The position numbers were made by a program, and so were the translations under genes. A stretch of DNA of 48,582 nucleotides, taken from the NCBI GenBank assembly GCA_051942245.1, contig JAVECL010000122.1, positions 1 through 48,582 of the forward strand, written 5' to 3'. The notes under the pieces are model-generated. The model searched no databases. It was not told the origin of the DNA and saw nothing but the letters and a program-made list of their open reading frames with translations. Below, piece after piece: positions 30,554 to 42,676 of the stretch (position 1 is its first letter; every line of letters starts with the position of its first letter). The stretch comes from Trypethelium eluteriae (lineage: Eukaryota).

Positions 30554-32059
30554 ATGGACACATTCAGTGCTGCGAGCAGCATCCTTTCCCTTCTGGAATC
30601 TGTGTCCTCTGTTATTCATAGCCTAGTGAAACTGGCCGACGGCGAAGAACAGAGCTATCAAATGAGGAGATGGATAACAAAGGCAGACGTCTGTAAATAT
30701 CTGCTGTACGGTCTTGGAAATCAGTTCACACAATCAGCTTGGGCGCCGTCAAAGGACATCACGGATGTGAAAAAGTCCTGCCTGCTGCTATGCGGAGACG
30801 CCTTTAAAACCCTGTCCGACCGCCTTGCAAAAATGGAAGATTCAAAACTTAAGGCATTCAAAAGTGCCCCACAGGTGGAAAGGGCACTAGATGATGGCTT
30901 GGCAGCAATTCGAATGCTGAGAGAAATCATAGACCAGTTAAGTATTGTTCAATGGCGGCCATTAGCTGTTGTCTGACTGATTTTGGTACAAAGAGGTCAG
31001 TCACACGAGATTTTCAGGCGTCTCGCCGAGCTAGATTACCTCATACGAGAGTCGCGGGATTTTCAGCAAAGGCGTTTAAAGCAAGTCCAGGACGAGCTCC
31101 TCGGGTTGAGCCAAATTGGTAGCCCAAACATCCAAGTGAAGCTAGAAGAGCTCGCCAAAAGAGTCGGGAGTGAATCTGCTCATATTGGACAAGCCGAAGG
31201 AATCAGACCTGAACCATCAGATCCATTCACAATCACCGCGACAATTATGCGATCTCACCAGGCGGAAAGTGAGCATACCGTCGTTCGGGCACATCTCGAT
31301 AGCGGATGCCGAGATGACTGGATATCCCAAAAAGTAGTTGAACGGGCAGGGCTTCGAGAGCAACTGAGGCCAGTCGAAAATTTTGGGGCTTTCATTGGGT
31401 TTGGAGGTCAAGTTTTGGAGCCTCGGCATGTTATCGATGTGACATGGTTCGCGAAAAACGCTACAGTATCCAGAACGACCTCATTTCTCGTTCATGAGCA
31501 CGTACCTTTCGACATGGTCCTTGGGAAGGTATTCATCAGAAAAGAGAGTATATTCATGCTTAACGAGCCGGCTCTGGCTCTTCGGCAAGGGGACTTCACA
31601 CAAGGTATGAGTAACACCTTGTGCATAGCTTCAGTAGCCGAAATTCTCAGCTAAGATCAGGCAGAGGAGCTCCAAGAGATAGAGGTTGAGGCGAGAAGAA
31701 AGAAGGCCACGAGTGAGCAAATAACTTCGGTCCGTGAGGCACGCGGTGCGGCAGCCCGAGACCGTCTGCGACAACAAAAGGCCGCCAGTCGGCTTGCCTC
31801 CACGTCACAACTATTAATAGCTCCCGGAACGACCGGATCGCGCTCAAGCACAGATGTATCGATGCTTTCACGCCGTCACGTGGCACAAGCACAGTCTTTC
31901 TCATCTAGGAATCAGTCTCAGGAAGTGGTAGCAGGTACAATAGGCAGCGAGCCTCGTCTTGACCGAGATCGGTTACGAACGTCTGCTGTTACTGATTTTG
32001 AATCGCCCAGAACTGGAAATGAAGGTAATAGCACTGAAGCTGCCAAATGGGCAAGATAA
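30554..32059 (+). CDS. Protein with HeLo-like/fungal N-terminal helical domain and a retropepsin-like aspartic protease domain (3 exons)
   Basis: N-terminus MDTFSAASSILSLLESVSSVIHSL. Protease motifs AHLDSG (31295-31306) ... WIS ... PFDMVLG. Introns at about 30937-30993 and 31605-31664; last exon is in frame with ORF 31862-32059. Confidence 0.7.
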
Positions 32060-32690
32060 TCTTGCCGCTACTTACCTATGTGTTTGAGGTGGCCGTCTAG
32101 AAGGGCAAGTTAGGACATACAGGGGAGCCTAGGCTGTCTTGGCCCCCTAGTCTGCATCAATCATCCTTTCATCCATTTACCTCCTCAAAACTGCGGATAA
32201 TTTGAAGACCAGACACTCCAACAGCTCCTCGTTGGGAATAGTTGGGCTTCGTGTGATTCATGAGTGACTATTGTCTCCAATGTAGCTGACAGACAAGCCT
32301 CTGCGTTGCACGCTTATACAAGGATACCCAGAACTGAATGTATGTGGATATGACACTTTGTGACGGATCGCCAAATTCTTGACTCATGATGTTGTGTCTG
32401 AAATTCCAATGTAAGTTAGAAACAATGTATTCACATGATTGATTCAAATGACCCGTTTAAAGATCGAGAACACTTTTATCTCATGGCTTCAAAGATCCGT
32501 CGAAATTAATAGGAAGCTCCATGGCGAGCATGATGGATATCCTTAGTATTAGCCTCCCCGCGTTGTTTCCCGCAACCACGGCCCCGACGCCTGAAATGGG
32601 GTATCACAAAACGCCAATTCTTGGCTTTTTTTTTTCTAGTTACACGAAGGCGGTCTCCGCACTGGGGTCCTTGGAGATCGTGACAACACA

Positions 32691-32724
32691 CCAGTCCCAG
32701 TCCCAGTCCCAGTCCCAGTCCCAG
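32691..32724. repeat. (CCAGTC)5 microsatellite
   Basis: Perfect hexamer array abutting the stop codon of the thaumatin-like gene. Confidence 0.9.
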
Positions 32725-33423
32725 CTACGACATCAGAATCGGCTTGACCTGTTTCCGCATTTCGGTCAGGAAGTGATCGGCATTCGGTCCAGCCACGGTA
32801 AGGAGCGCGCTCTTTGTATTCTTCTTGAACTGTCTCACCTTCGTCACCTTGTCATCGGACTTGACATACCAGTCCGGGCAGCCCTGGCGGAAAAACTTGA
32901 CGGCTTCGGCGTTCTGCGGGTTCTTGCACTGATCGAGCCGGCCGTCAGTGTGGTAGTGCTTCCATTGCGTGGGACAGATCTTCATCTTGTCGATGGCGCA
33001 GCCGGCGTGGATCTTGCCGTTTAGATCGGTTACACGCACGGGAAGCGAGACTCCCCGCTCGACGTCGACGTCGTAGTACGAGTGGCCGCTGAATCCATTC
33101 ATCGTGAACTCGACCTTAGTGTCTGAGTCGCGCTTGGCTCTGGCTCCGAGGTTGTTGGGCGTGCTTCCGACGTAGAAGGCGTGGCCGTATTGGGAGATGC
33201 CCGGCGGTATCGGGAAGAAGTGGGATTCCCCGGCGGGTACTACAACGTCGGTCGGCACATGCGTGAACTTGCTGAAGTCGAAGGAGACGTGTACTTCGGC
33301 TGAGTTACTGTTGTAAAAAAGGATTCCTGCACTGCCGGTATGACTATTGAGATAATCTCTTGCCTGGTGACCAAGCTGAGTGAAGCCAATGAGGGCAGCA
33401 CGTGCGACATTGCCCAGCTTCAT
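32725..33423 (-). CDS. Thaumatin/osmotin-like small protein, possibly secreted
   Basis: 232-aa ORF with TKVEFT...YYDVDVERGVSLP and GC...CP...CKNP...FFRQGCPDWYVKSDD, resembling a short thaumatin fold. Signal peptide is weak. Confidence 0.55.
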   Translation of the reverse strand: MKLGNVARAALIGFTQLGHQARDYLNSHTGSAGILFYNSNSAEVHVSFDFSKFTHVPTDVVVPAGESHFFPIPPGISQYGHAFYVGSTPNNLGARAKRDSDTKVEFTMNGFSGHSYYDVDVERGVSLPVRVTDLNGKIHAGCAIDKMKICPTQWKHYHTDGRLDQCKNPQNAEAVKFFRQGCPDWYVKSDDKVTKVRQFKKNTKSALLTVAGPNADHFLTEMRKQVKPILMS

Positions 33424-34546
33424 ATTGGATGACGGTGGTAATATCGAGGGGAAGTGGACGATGGGGATATCTCAAACATTTGCTAAATTCAGCGAATGGC
33501 GGGACGCAGCGAGCGTGGTCCTAGCGAGTGGATTGAGCCAGGAAATTGCCAGGGGGAAAGCGGTCGTATTTGAGTTGTTCTGAACGATGGAACGGTAGGG
33601 GAGTCTTGAGGCATTGGGTGGGAGCATTGTAGAGGGCTGCTTGTGTGTTCTCACAGTCCTCAAGAGGTGAGTTCTGGTGGTCCACTTTCCAAATCTTGCC
33701 ATCTGCTCTCCACATTTGACTTGATTCACAATCGCTACGTCATCAGAAAAGTGTTGGGGCATGCTGCTGCTTTTTCTTTCTCTGCAAGTTTGTGCAACCG
33801 ATGATTGTGGAACGAAATGCGGATCATTTCCAGGATTTGGCGATTAGTCTGAACTTGTAGATGCGCCTTTCTGCACCCACCTGCAACCTCCCGTCACGGT
33901 TTTCGATAAGCATCACTGCCTGCATCTCACCACTGCATGCTACGAAAAGACATCGAGCAGCGCAAAGCATTTGCTAAGTCGCGATTTTATTGATGTTGTC
34001 GACCTCGCTGGAGATAGAGCTGTAGTGCAGGCTTGTTGTCTCGTTCTCCGCGCGCGGCTGAGAAAGAGGGCAGAGCTTCCTCAAGTAGTCCTACGCTCAG
34101 CATGTGCGCGGGGATATTGCAGCCATGGGCATCCGTACGACCGGTCTTCAAGCCCATCATGCTAGCGAATGCTTGTTCTCGTTTATTCCGGGAGCTCAAC
34201 CGATTCGAGTTACCCACTCACAGCCTCGGGGTTCAGGGCTCCTTCGTCAGCGTACTGTAAGTAACCGAGTTGGTAGGCGATCAGAATGCTCAACTTTAGT
34301 CATCTTACGTGTATACCACAAGTACATCCGCTAACCTCCAAAACTATATTCGATGAACGTTGAACATGGTTGAAACTTTAAGTCTTCCAAAGAAATCATT
34401 GAAAAACGCATCGGATTGCGTTCATATTTATTCTCCACTAAACATTAACGCTCTATTATTTCCCCACCATCGGCGTGTCATCTACTAAGCTTCTGTCCAC
34501 CAGTCCATCATCCACACATCCTCAGAGCATGCTTACTCCTCTCCCA

Positions 34547-35462
34547 TCACCCATGGCAAAGCACCGACTCCGGAACCCCCTCCTCCAGGCGAACGGGTCT
34601 CCACTGGAAGACGAAGAACCCCACAAACGCCCCAATGAAGATACAGATCAGCACATAACCGTTGTAGCTCATCGCCAGTAACATGACCAAGTACGCCAGC
34701 ACCACCTGCAGCGTATGCAACAAAGCGCGTACCGCCTGCTCCACCACTCCCGGGCGGAACCGACCCCTGACCTCCACCCTCGTGGTACTCCCTCCCAACA
34801 GCTTCTCGCTACTCCCTATTCTCCTCTCTGTCGTCGTCCGCCCCTTCTCATCACTCCCGAGATGACCATCATCCTCGTCCTGCTGCTGAGAACCACTATT
34901 CGCGGCAGCAGCAGTAGTAGTATTTGCAGACAAAGACGTCCGGAACGAGGCAGACGCGTCGTCGATGGCGTACTTGCGCCGCAGGAAGCCGTCGTATTCG
35001 CTTGCGAACCGCCGCACTCCTTCAAGCGTGATGACGAGCGCGATGATGCCGAGTAGGGAGCCTGCGAACATGCCGGCGCTCGTGATGTGCCAGGAGTGAG
35101 TGAGGAAGCAGGCGTTGCGTGTCGTCCAGTTCCAGAGCATCTGTTGCGAGGGGGTGGAGTGGTCAGCTTTTTGTTTTGCTTCCCTTCGTGGGTTGGGGGA
35201 AGGGTGGATGATAGGTAGGTCTGCTTACGGAGATCTCGCAACTGGAGGATGGGCCGGCCATGCTGGACATGTCGTGCATTTCGTGCATTTCGTGCATGTC
35301 GCTCATGCTGCTCATAGTTGAGGTGGGAGTAGGAGCTGAAGGCGTGCTAGACATAGGCATGCTTTCCATGTCCATTGCGTTCGAGGGAGAAGAAGATGGA
35401 GGTGTACACATTGAGGTTGAAAGCAGCATCGTAGATATTATGGAAGTAGTCCCCATCTCCAT
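34547..35462 (-). CDS. Ctr-family high-affinity copper transporter (2 exons)
   Basis: Met/His-rich N-terminus (MSDMHEMHEMHDM). Intron 35228-35141 joins SCEIS|MLWNW. MxxxM motif YLVMLLAMSYNG; three hydrophobic segments. Confidence 0.93.
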
Positions 35463-35717
35463 CGTGGCGTTGAGTAATCGTACCCCTACAAGAGGATGGA
35501 GATAAAGCTTCGGAACCGATAGAGAGGGAGCTGTAAATAAGACACAGACGATCAACGACACACAAAGTCAGTTCCAAATCTAGTCAAGTTGACCCTTCTT
35601 TGGCGAGGAGAAGATTTATGTGTGGTCGAGTGATTGGAAAAGTGCCTGTGGCGCGCTGATAAAATCTGGTCGCGGACGCAATGGTCCTCACCTACCGTTT
35701 TCTACCGTTGCCTTGCA

Positions 35718-35877
35718 CGAGCACACTGATAGGCCTTCGTGCTCGCCTAATTCGCACAAATTATTTCTTTGAGGCTAGTTATTCCAAGTGTGAGGGTGCG
35801 GAGCTTCCATCGTTACCCAACGGCCGATTGTGGAAATGGCGGGCTGAGCGGACTGGATATTGAATGTTTCGAGCAAC
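35718..35877. promoter_or_regulatory. CuRE-like GCTCG elements upstream of the ctr gene
   Basis: Inverted pair CGAGCAC (35718-35724) / GTGCTCG (35739-35745) plus CGAGCAAC (35870-35877). Resembles the Mac1 core TGCTC(A/G). Confidence 0.45.
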
Positions 35878-36407
35878 CTCATCAAGATGGCAGGTACGAG
35901 AGCCCTTTATAGAGAGACCAAGTGCAACCACTTATCTGAAGTCGGATGTGGCTTCCTAGAAGGAAAGGTAACACGGCCTCTGCGCAACAGTTAACGTTAC
36001 TCATGGTTCTACTGACAGCTGTAGAATCCATCGAAAGTCCACATTGCGTACGAAGTTGTCGCCTCATGCGAAATCAGATGCACTCACGCCGTTTGGTTTC
36101 CCATATTCGCAGTGCACTCTTCCTTCTTGGAAGAGAGAGAAAAAAAAGGAAAAGAAAGCAAGATTCCATATGTGATTTCTGCCATCCCGCCCGCCATATG
36201 CACCCACGGCCACGAGTGTGGTGAAATCTTATTACACAGATATGCATGAGAAAACCCGGAGAAAGCATCTAGTCCCAGATACAAGATTGAAAGTACCACC
36301 CCATTCCATCCAGCAACACCATGAGCGCCATTGGCCATGCGTCCTCCAATCATGGGCCTATCCATTCGTCTGTCGAATCAGATGATTGTGGGAAAGTCTC
36401 TGTCTCC

Positions 36408-38623
36408 TTACTCTCCCCTCGGACGCTTCGCTCCATGCGGATTCATGTCTCCTCCGCCGCTACCTTGGTTTCCGCCGCCCTGTTGATTGCCGAAGAAGGC
36501 CGGGTTGAAGTGTCCACCATTGCCCCCTCCGAAGCTGTTACCTGCTTAGAGAAAATAATGTTAGCAGAGTTCTTTGCAAAGACAAGATGTGAGGCTCAAG
36601 AAAGGATAGGATCTGTGTGTATACGTGTTCGATGACGGTACCCAATGGTAAGCCTCTTCCGAATAGGTGGATGGAGTGCGGGAACTGAAGCAAGAATCGG
36701 CGCAGCCATTGCTGCGCTGTGAGGAGCATGCCCTCTTCGCCTGGATAGATATTTCCTGGATTGACGGATTGGGCTTCAGATCCTTGATGGGCACCGAGCG
36801 ATGATTCGGGGTTCGTGTCTTGGCCACATACTAGAGACACAATAGGTAAGGATCCATGGTAGGTGCCGCCGAAGTCTGTGGCTGTTCTGTTAGAGGGATC
36901 CAAGGGCAAGAACTGACCAAGCTCGGCAGTTTCCGTGGACGCGAGTCTCCCAGCAGGTGAAACATGCTCCAAAGCGGTCCCTGCGGGGCTTGCACGCGAT
37001 TTCTTTCGTGGGGAAACCCAGCCGGATCGCGCAGATCGCGTTCGCCCTGAAACTGGCTTAGGGTTACTAGACTGCGCCAGTCGCAGCATGCGCAGGCCGA
37101 GCGAGGCATCAAAAGCCTCTCGTCCATGCCGCATCAAGAATTCTCCTCGGCGTTTAAAGCGGTCCAAGAGAGGCCAAGGCAGACGAGGTAGCCTGCCAAG
37201 ACGCCTTTTTTGGTGGGAGGTGAGAGACATAGGCCTCTGGTGGGTAGCAGGCCATTGTCCTTGGGGGAAGGCAGACAATTATGCGTGCCTTGTGAAGTCC
37301 AACCAAGGGAGGCCATCGGCAGCTGTTGATCGAACAGAATTGAATCTGGACTTACCCATCATCCCCATTGTCGGCATCCCTCCACCCATCATGCCCATAC
37401 CCATGCCCATGTTGCCCATGCCCATTGCCATTCCAGGATTCATGCCTCCCATTCCCATACCTCCTCTGCCACGACCCGCCATACCGCCCCTCATATTATT
37501 CATGTTGCCCATACCACCACGATTGAAGCCGCCGAAGTTTCCACCCATGCCTTGCATGCCCATCTGTGGATTGAACCCCATATTCCCACCTGAGCCGCCA
37601 AACCCACCATTCATTCCGCCCATCGGGTTATTGAAGTTGCGATTGCCCTGGTTATAGTTCCCACCCATGCCGCCACCACGATTATTGAATCCACCTCGGT
37701 TATTGAAATTGCCACGGCCATAATTGCCACCTTGGCTACCTTGGCTACTGACGCTTTGGTTTTTGTTGAATTCCTTCCGATTGGGAGCATCTTTTGGGAG
37801 CGTACGATAAGGATTGGTGCTGGGTGAGGCATAATAGCCGTTATATTTCTTCGTGCTCGACTCAGAGAAGGAATCGATTTTGCGTTTGAGAGCCGTGGCC
37901 GCTTGAGTCGTTTCCAGCTCAACGAAAACCTCTCTGTGAAATCCTCAAGTTAGTGCATGAGCTTGTAAGAGATGTGTCGTAGGAATTTGAGTCAACATTG
38001 CAGAACTTTGCTAGATCGACCAGAGGAAGTCTTGCGATAATTGCTAATCTCATGGAATAAAGATTTAGAACAGGAACCCACCCTTTGCTCTTCCCGTTCA
38101 CTTTATGTTCATTGAAAGTGATACCCTTAAGTTCATCTTCACAAGTTTCTTGATTAGCCCATCCGCGAATATCTTCTTCAGAAATCCACCACTGAAGATC
38201 AGTGATTCTTAGAGCGGTGGTCGCTCCTGGATCAACAGGGCGGTCATCTACACCATCATCATTCTCCCGCTTGATACCTTGCGGAATGGGTTGCTGTCTG
38301 GGAGGATCCAGCTGACCTTGAGCAGAGCCACTAGTGCTGGAGATCTGCTGTTGGTCGCGCTGTGCTTGTGGTGCAGTCTGCTGATTCTCATTGCTGGATA
38401 TATTTGACATGTCCTCGGCCTTTACATTATCCGGTTTTCCGGATTCAGACTTCTCTGGCTTTGGGACGGTGCTCGGTTCGGCGACATTGTTGTTACTCTC
38501 CTGTGGATAGTCGTTGTAGTCGTCTTCGAAGTTGATTTCGTCGCCATCACCTTGGGCACCCACACCCTCTTCAGGGACATCATCGCCGTAGATGTCGATA
38601 TCAAAGTTGTCGTCATCGGCCAT
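36408..38623 (-). CDS. CPSF6/CFIm68-like RRM RNA-binding protein
   Basis: MADDDNFDIDIYGD start; RRM (LQWWISEEDI...FNEHKVNGKSKG|EVFVE); G/M/N-rich region; terminal exon 36541-36408 GNSF...HFNPAFF...NPHGAKRPRGE*. Introns at about 38081-37934 and 37355-36542. Confidence 0.8.
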
Positions 38624-39701
38624 CTTGAGCTGTGAATGTCAAGTATCAGGGAGCAGAGGACTGCTGTGGAGTATCGCCTACTGTTACCGAAAGAAGGCAG
38701 ACTTCAAGGAAGTCGCAGGATTGAGAAAACAAGCCTTCGATATTACAGTAGTTACTGGATGTCCGTCAAGACAATAAGAAGAGAGCAAAGTCTGCGAAAC
38801 CACATGATATTAGTCCAGCCGGCCAATGAAGAACGGTTCGCAAATAATGACAAGCAAAACAGAGGCTGGGAAACTTGGTGGTGATTGCTCGAACTTGCAG
38901 TCCTTGCCAACGCCAGCCCGATAGACACAAATTTTGTTGGCGGCGATACGTACAATGAGTTTGCCTCCAGCAAGAAGAAAAATGTCGCGGGGAAGTCGCG
39001 CAAATGATTGACAGTCGAAAACTCTGGTTGTCTCTGTGACAAGCTCAGAGCAGTACAGGATTGTTGGGTGCGATTGTGCAGGTGTGAATGTTGACAGTAG
39101 TCAGGGTGTCGGAAATGTTTGTGTCTTGCAGATCGATCGCGTACTAAGGTGAAGCAATTCAAGCGTGGTGGTCACAAGCAACAGATGCCCTATTCCAGCC
39201 AAGGGAATACACTGTTGAGTGGAAGAGAGATTTGAATGCGCTGAATTTGTCACAGCTCTGAACCGACACCGAAGGGTCAGTGACTTTTTCTCGCGCCTTG
39301 CAACTGAGATCGTCAGTGATTGCAGTGTGATCTTCAGTAGCCGGTGCTGCTCTGTATGAGAAGAAAAGCGCACGACAGAAGTCGAAGGCAGAGTCAAGAG
39401 CGGGGGAGCCTAGCTATTCAGCTCGAAACATGGTTGTCACGTCTGCGTGGGTAAAGAAAAAGGATTGTGAGTGAATGAAGGTGCGAGAAGTGAAGTATCG
39501 TGGACGTACAGGTGAAGTCTTGTAGAGGTCGCGAAAGGGAGTTGTGAGCTTCAACGTGAGGTGATCCGTGCGCAGGCGGTGGATCCCTGCGACGTCACCT
39601 GACTGAGAAACCTCCCGCTTCGCGGACACCTGGCCGAAGGAAGTGCACCACTTTCGCATCTCAATCCATCCTTTCCAAATCCTTCTGTCGCCTCCACTAG
39701 A

Positions 39702-40031
39702 ATGTCTGACCAGTTCAAGGAGATTGCCGATATTCCTCGGGACTTCGTCAAAGATGGCACTCAATTTCTGCACCGCTGCACCAAACGTAAGGCCTCTGTA
39801 CCCTACAGGAAATTTATTCAACTCCAGGGGCTAATGCTTCAAATCTAGCTGACAGACGGGAGTTCATCAAAATTTCTCAGGCAGTAGGTGTCGGTTTTGT
39901 CGTGATGGGAACAATCGGATACTTCGTCAAATTGAGTGTGTTATCATCAATGGGAGAGAAAACAGGCCAGAATGCTAATATTATCGGCAGTACATATCCC
40001 CGTCAATAACATATTAGTCGGTGGTGCATGA
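39702..40031 (+). CDS. SSS1: Sec61 translocon gamma subunit (3 exons)
   Basis: Spliced product MSDQFKEIADIPRDFVKDGTQFLHRCTKPDRREFIKISQAVGVGFVVMGTIGYFVKLIHIPVNNILVGGA; two canonical introns. Absent from the ORF track. Confidence 0.95.
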
Positions 40032-40293
40032 CGAAAGTGGAGAAGCGGACAGGAGGTGGCTCGATACTTTGGTTGGAGGCATAGCTTTGCATTGTATAGT
40101 ACGGCAGGGAGCAGAGGCGTTTTACGCGTGTATACTGAGCATTGCGTGTCGCTCAATATTTGAAGCCGTTATGTACATTGAATGGCATTAGTCGTCCACT
40201 GGCTTCTGTCTGTTCCGTTTCTCATCCGATAGCTTCAAACACGCCTGCCAGCACAGCCCAATCCTACAGGGCCGACGCCACATCCTCTCATCA

Positions 40294-42676
40294 CTAATCA
40301 TCATCGCCAAAGAGTGCCCTCCTGAGCCGGGTTCTTGTAAAGTAACTCCTCCCACCAGTACTCGCAGGAGCATTCATATCATCCAATTGAGCATTGAGCG
40401 TTCTGCCCATGCTAGGTTCGCCCTCGTCGTCATCCATGCCATCGTTCCAGGTGTGCACTGTGCATGTACCTTGCTGACTTCCCCAGCCGTTCCACGACGT
40501 CGCTTATAACTGCATCAGCTTTGATTCGAATTCCTAGGTTGGGAGACTTACCAGCAATGATCGGTGCGCTCGGATGCCAGCTTGCGTCCCGAACACATGT
40601 ACTCCAATGTCCACCTCCACCACCAAAGAACTCGTATCCATAGGTATCCTCCGCGGCTTCGTCTCTACTCCGAGTATTCCTAGTAGCGTCCAAGACTCCG
40701 ATTTTACCCGCAATTGTAGCATCCAAGTTGTATACGTAAACGCTGCCGTCACTGCTGCCAGTGTAAACGTACCTCGAGTCCGTGCTGTTCGGCGGTGAGA
40801 AATGGCATCGAATCAGAGTCTTCAGGACCTTGTGACCCCGGAATGTCACTAGACTACAGTCGTGCTTGTGTGGCCTGTAGCTATCTTCGTCGTATGGAGG
40901 ATATCTGTAGTCAAAGTTCGTCGTAAACTCTTCGGGATCGATTGTGTCGGCCTTTTCCCGGCTCATCATCCTTCTCAAATCCCATAGCTTCATTGTCTGA
41001 TCTTTTCCATTACTCAAAATATATCGTCCGTCTCCTTTACTGTCAACGTACGTGATGCCCTCAGTGTGGCCCATGAAAACACCAGCCTCGCGGCCATCGC
41101 CCATGGAGCGGCGGTCCCATACCTTGAGAGTCGTGTCATCGGATCCAGAATATAAAATATGAGGAGAGGACTTGTCACCGAAGCACACCGCGTTTACATC
41201 GTTGGTATGACCACGTAACCGCAGGACTGATTTGCGCGCTTCAATATCATAGACGTAGACAGGGCCAGCAGAGGTGCCTGCTACGAGCTCGCGTCCGTCG
41301 CCAGAGAAGCGTACTGACCAGACCTATTTCTAAGTCAGTGGACTTCTTGTGCTGTGAAGTGATTACTAGAGGGGTATTCAGACGTACACCACCAAAGCGA
41401 TGCCACCCCTGGCCTTCTCTACCGCCCATGTCCATTATGTTCAGAGCGTATGGTTGTGTCTCTTCGCTGGGATCTGTCGCGGCAAGACAAACAATGTGGC
41501 CAATCGTGCTATATGCAAGAAACTTATTGTCCGGACTCAAACTGGCATCCGTAATTGTCCATTGTCCATAAGGATGATGTACTTGTTTATAGTATCTCCA
41601 TGAATATGGATTCGACGTATCGTACATTCGCACAGTGTAGTCTTGCGCGCAGGAAAAAAAGAAGTTGCCATCGTCAGAGAACTGTCCAGAGTAACAGCGA
41701 GCGTTGTAGTTTATGATCTTGTCGGCCTTTGAAGAGGGTATCATGTTCTACATTATATTAGCCAGCTCCTTTTGAATGTTACGAGAAGGATAATCCACCT
41801 GAGCAATAAATTTGTTGGAGCTTCGTTGTCGTCCAGGTCCACCTAGTCCCAGCTCTCTCATCATTGTCTGGTATGCCATCTTCTTTCTTCTCTTTAAACT
41901 ACTCTCCAGTCGCTCACTCACATCTGGTCGATCATTGGTCCCGAAGGTTCCCGACTGCATCAACTCCTTTCCAGCTTCGCTCGGTATAGAAGGATACATG
42001 CATCGACCTGTACCCCGTCTTCGCTTAGGTCTGGGGGGAGATCCATAGGTAACATTCACAGGGCTGTCTTCGTTATCGTCATCAGTGCCCAGTCCGCGAC
42101 CGCTGCCATGTTGTGTAAATATTTGTCGAAGACCAGCATGACCAAGAAGTTGGAGTATTTCATTTCGAGTGACTGTTCCACCATCAGCGTCTCCCAATCT
42201 AGGCTGAGGATGTCATTGGCGTACGAAGTAGCTCTCGACGAGCTCCTTGCCGGCCAGTCTGTCCACCTCTCTCGGTAGTAGCATCGTCTGCATCGTCTGC
42301 ATCGTCTGCATCTTCCGCCTCCTCCGCATCATCTTCGCCGCCTTCTCTGCCTTCTTCCGAGTCGTCGGCCACCTGGATTTCGAATTCAAGGTTGCTGACC
42401 AAGTCTTCTGCGGCATCTGATACAAGGGTCGCAAATCAGCCTTTGGCGCTTTGTAAATCTAGGAGGACACAAGATGGGTTTACTACCATGGAAGTCATTA
42501 CCATCGGAATCCGAATCTATCTCCTCGTAATCTTGCGATGAAGCTTCTGTGCCATCAGTTGCGGGTTCAAAGTCCATGTCGTCATCGTCAACATCGTCAA
42601 AAACAGCCGAGGGCCCATAAGCAGCACCACCAGCGCGAGTTCTTGACGCAATAGGTTCGGAATCTTCGGCCGACAT
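40294..42676 (-). CDS. DCAF11/WDR23 (LEC14B)-like WD40 protein, multi-exon
   Basis: YSGQFSDDGNFF, WTITDASLSPD, YSGSDDTTLKVWDRRS, SNGKDQTMKLWDLR, GHKVLKTLIRCHFSP, VRDASWHP; last exon ATSWNG...DDD*. Confidence 0.88.

Noticed and set aside
31200..31560. Retropepsin motif read as a retrotransposon fragment
   Set aside because: No gag, RT or LTR nearby, no RIP, and the motif is embedded in a spliced gene, so it is treated as a cellular protease.
37934..39400. Possible snoRNA in the CPSF6-like intron or the long upstream region
   Set aside because: No convincing C/D box pair or H/ACA structure found by eye; an Infernal/Rfam search would be needed.
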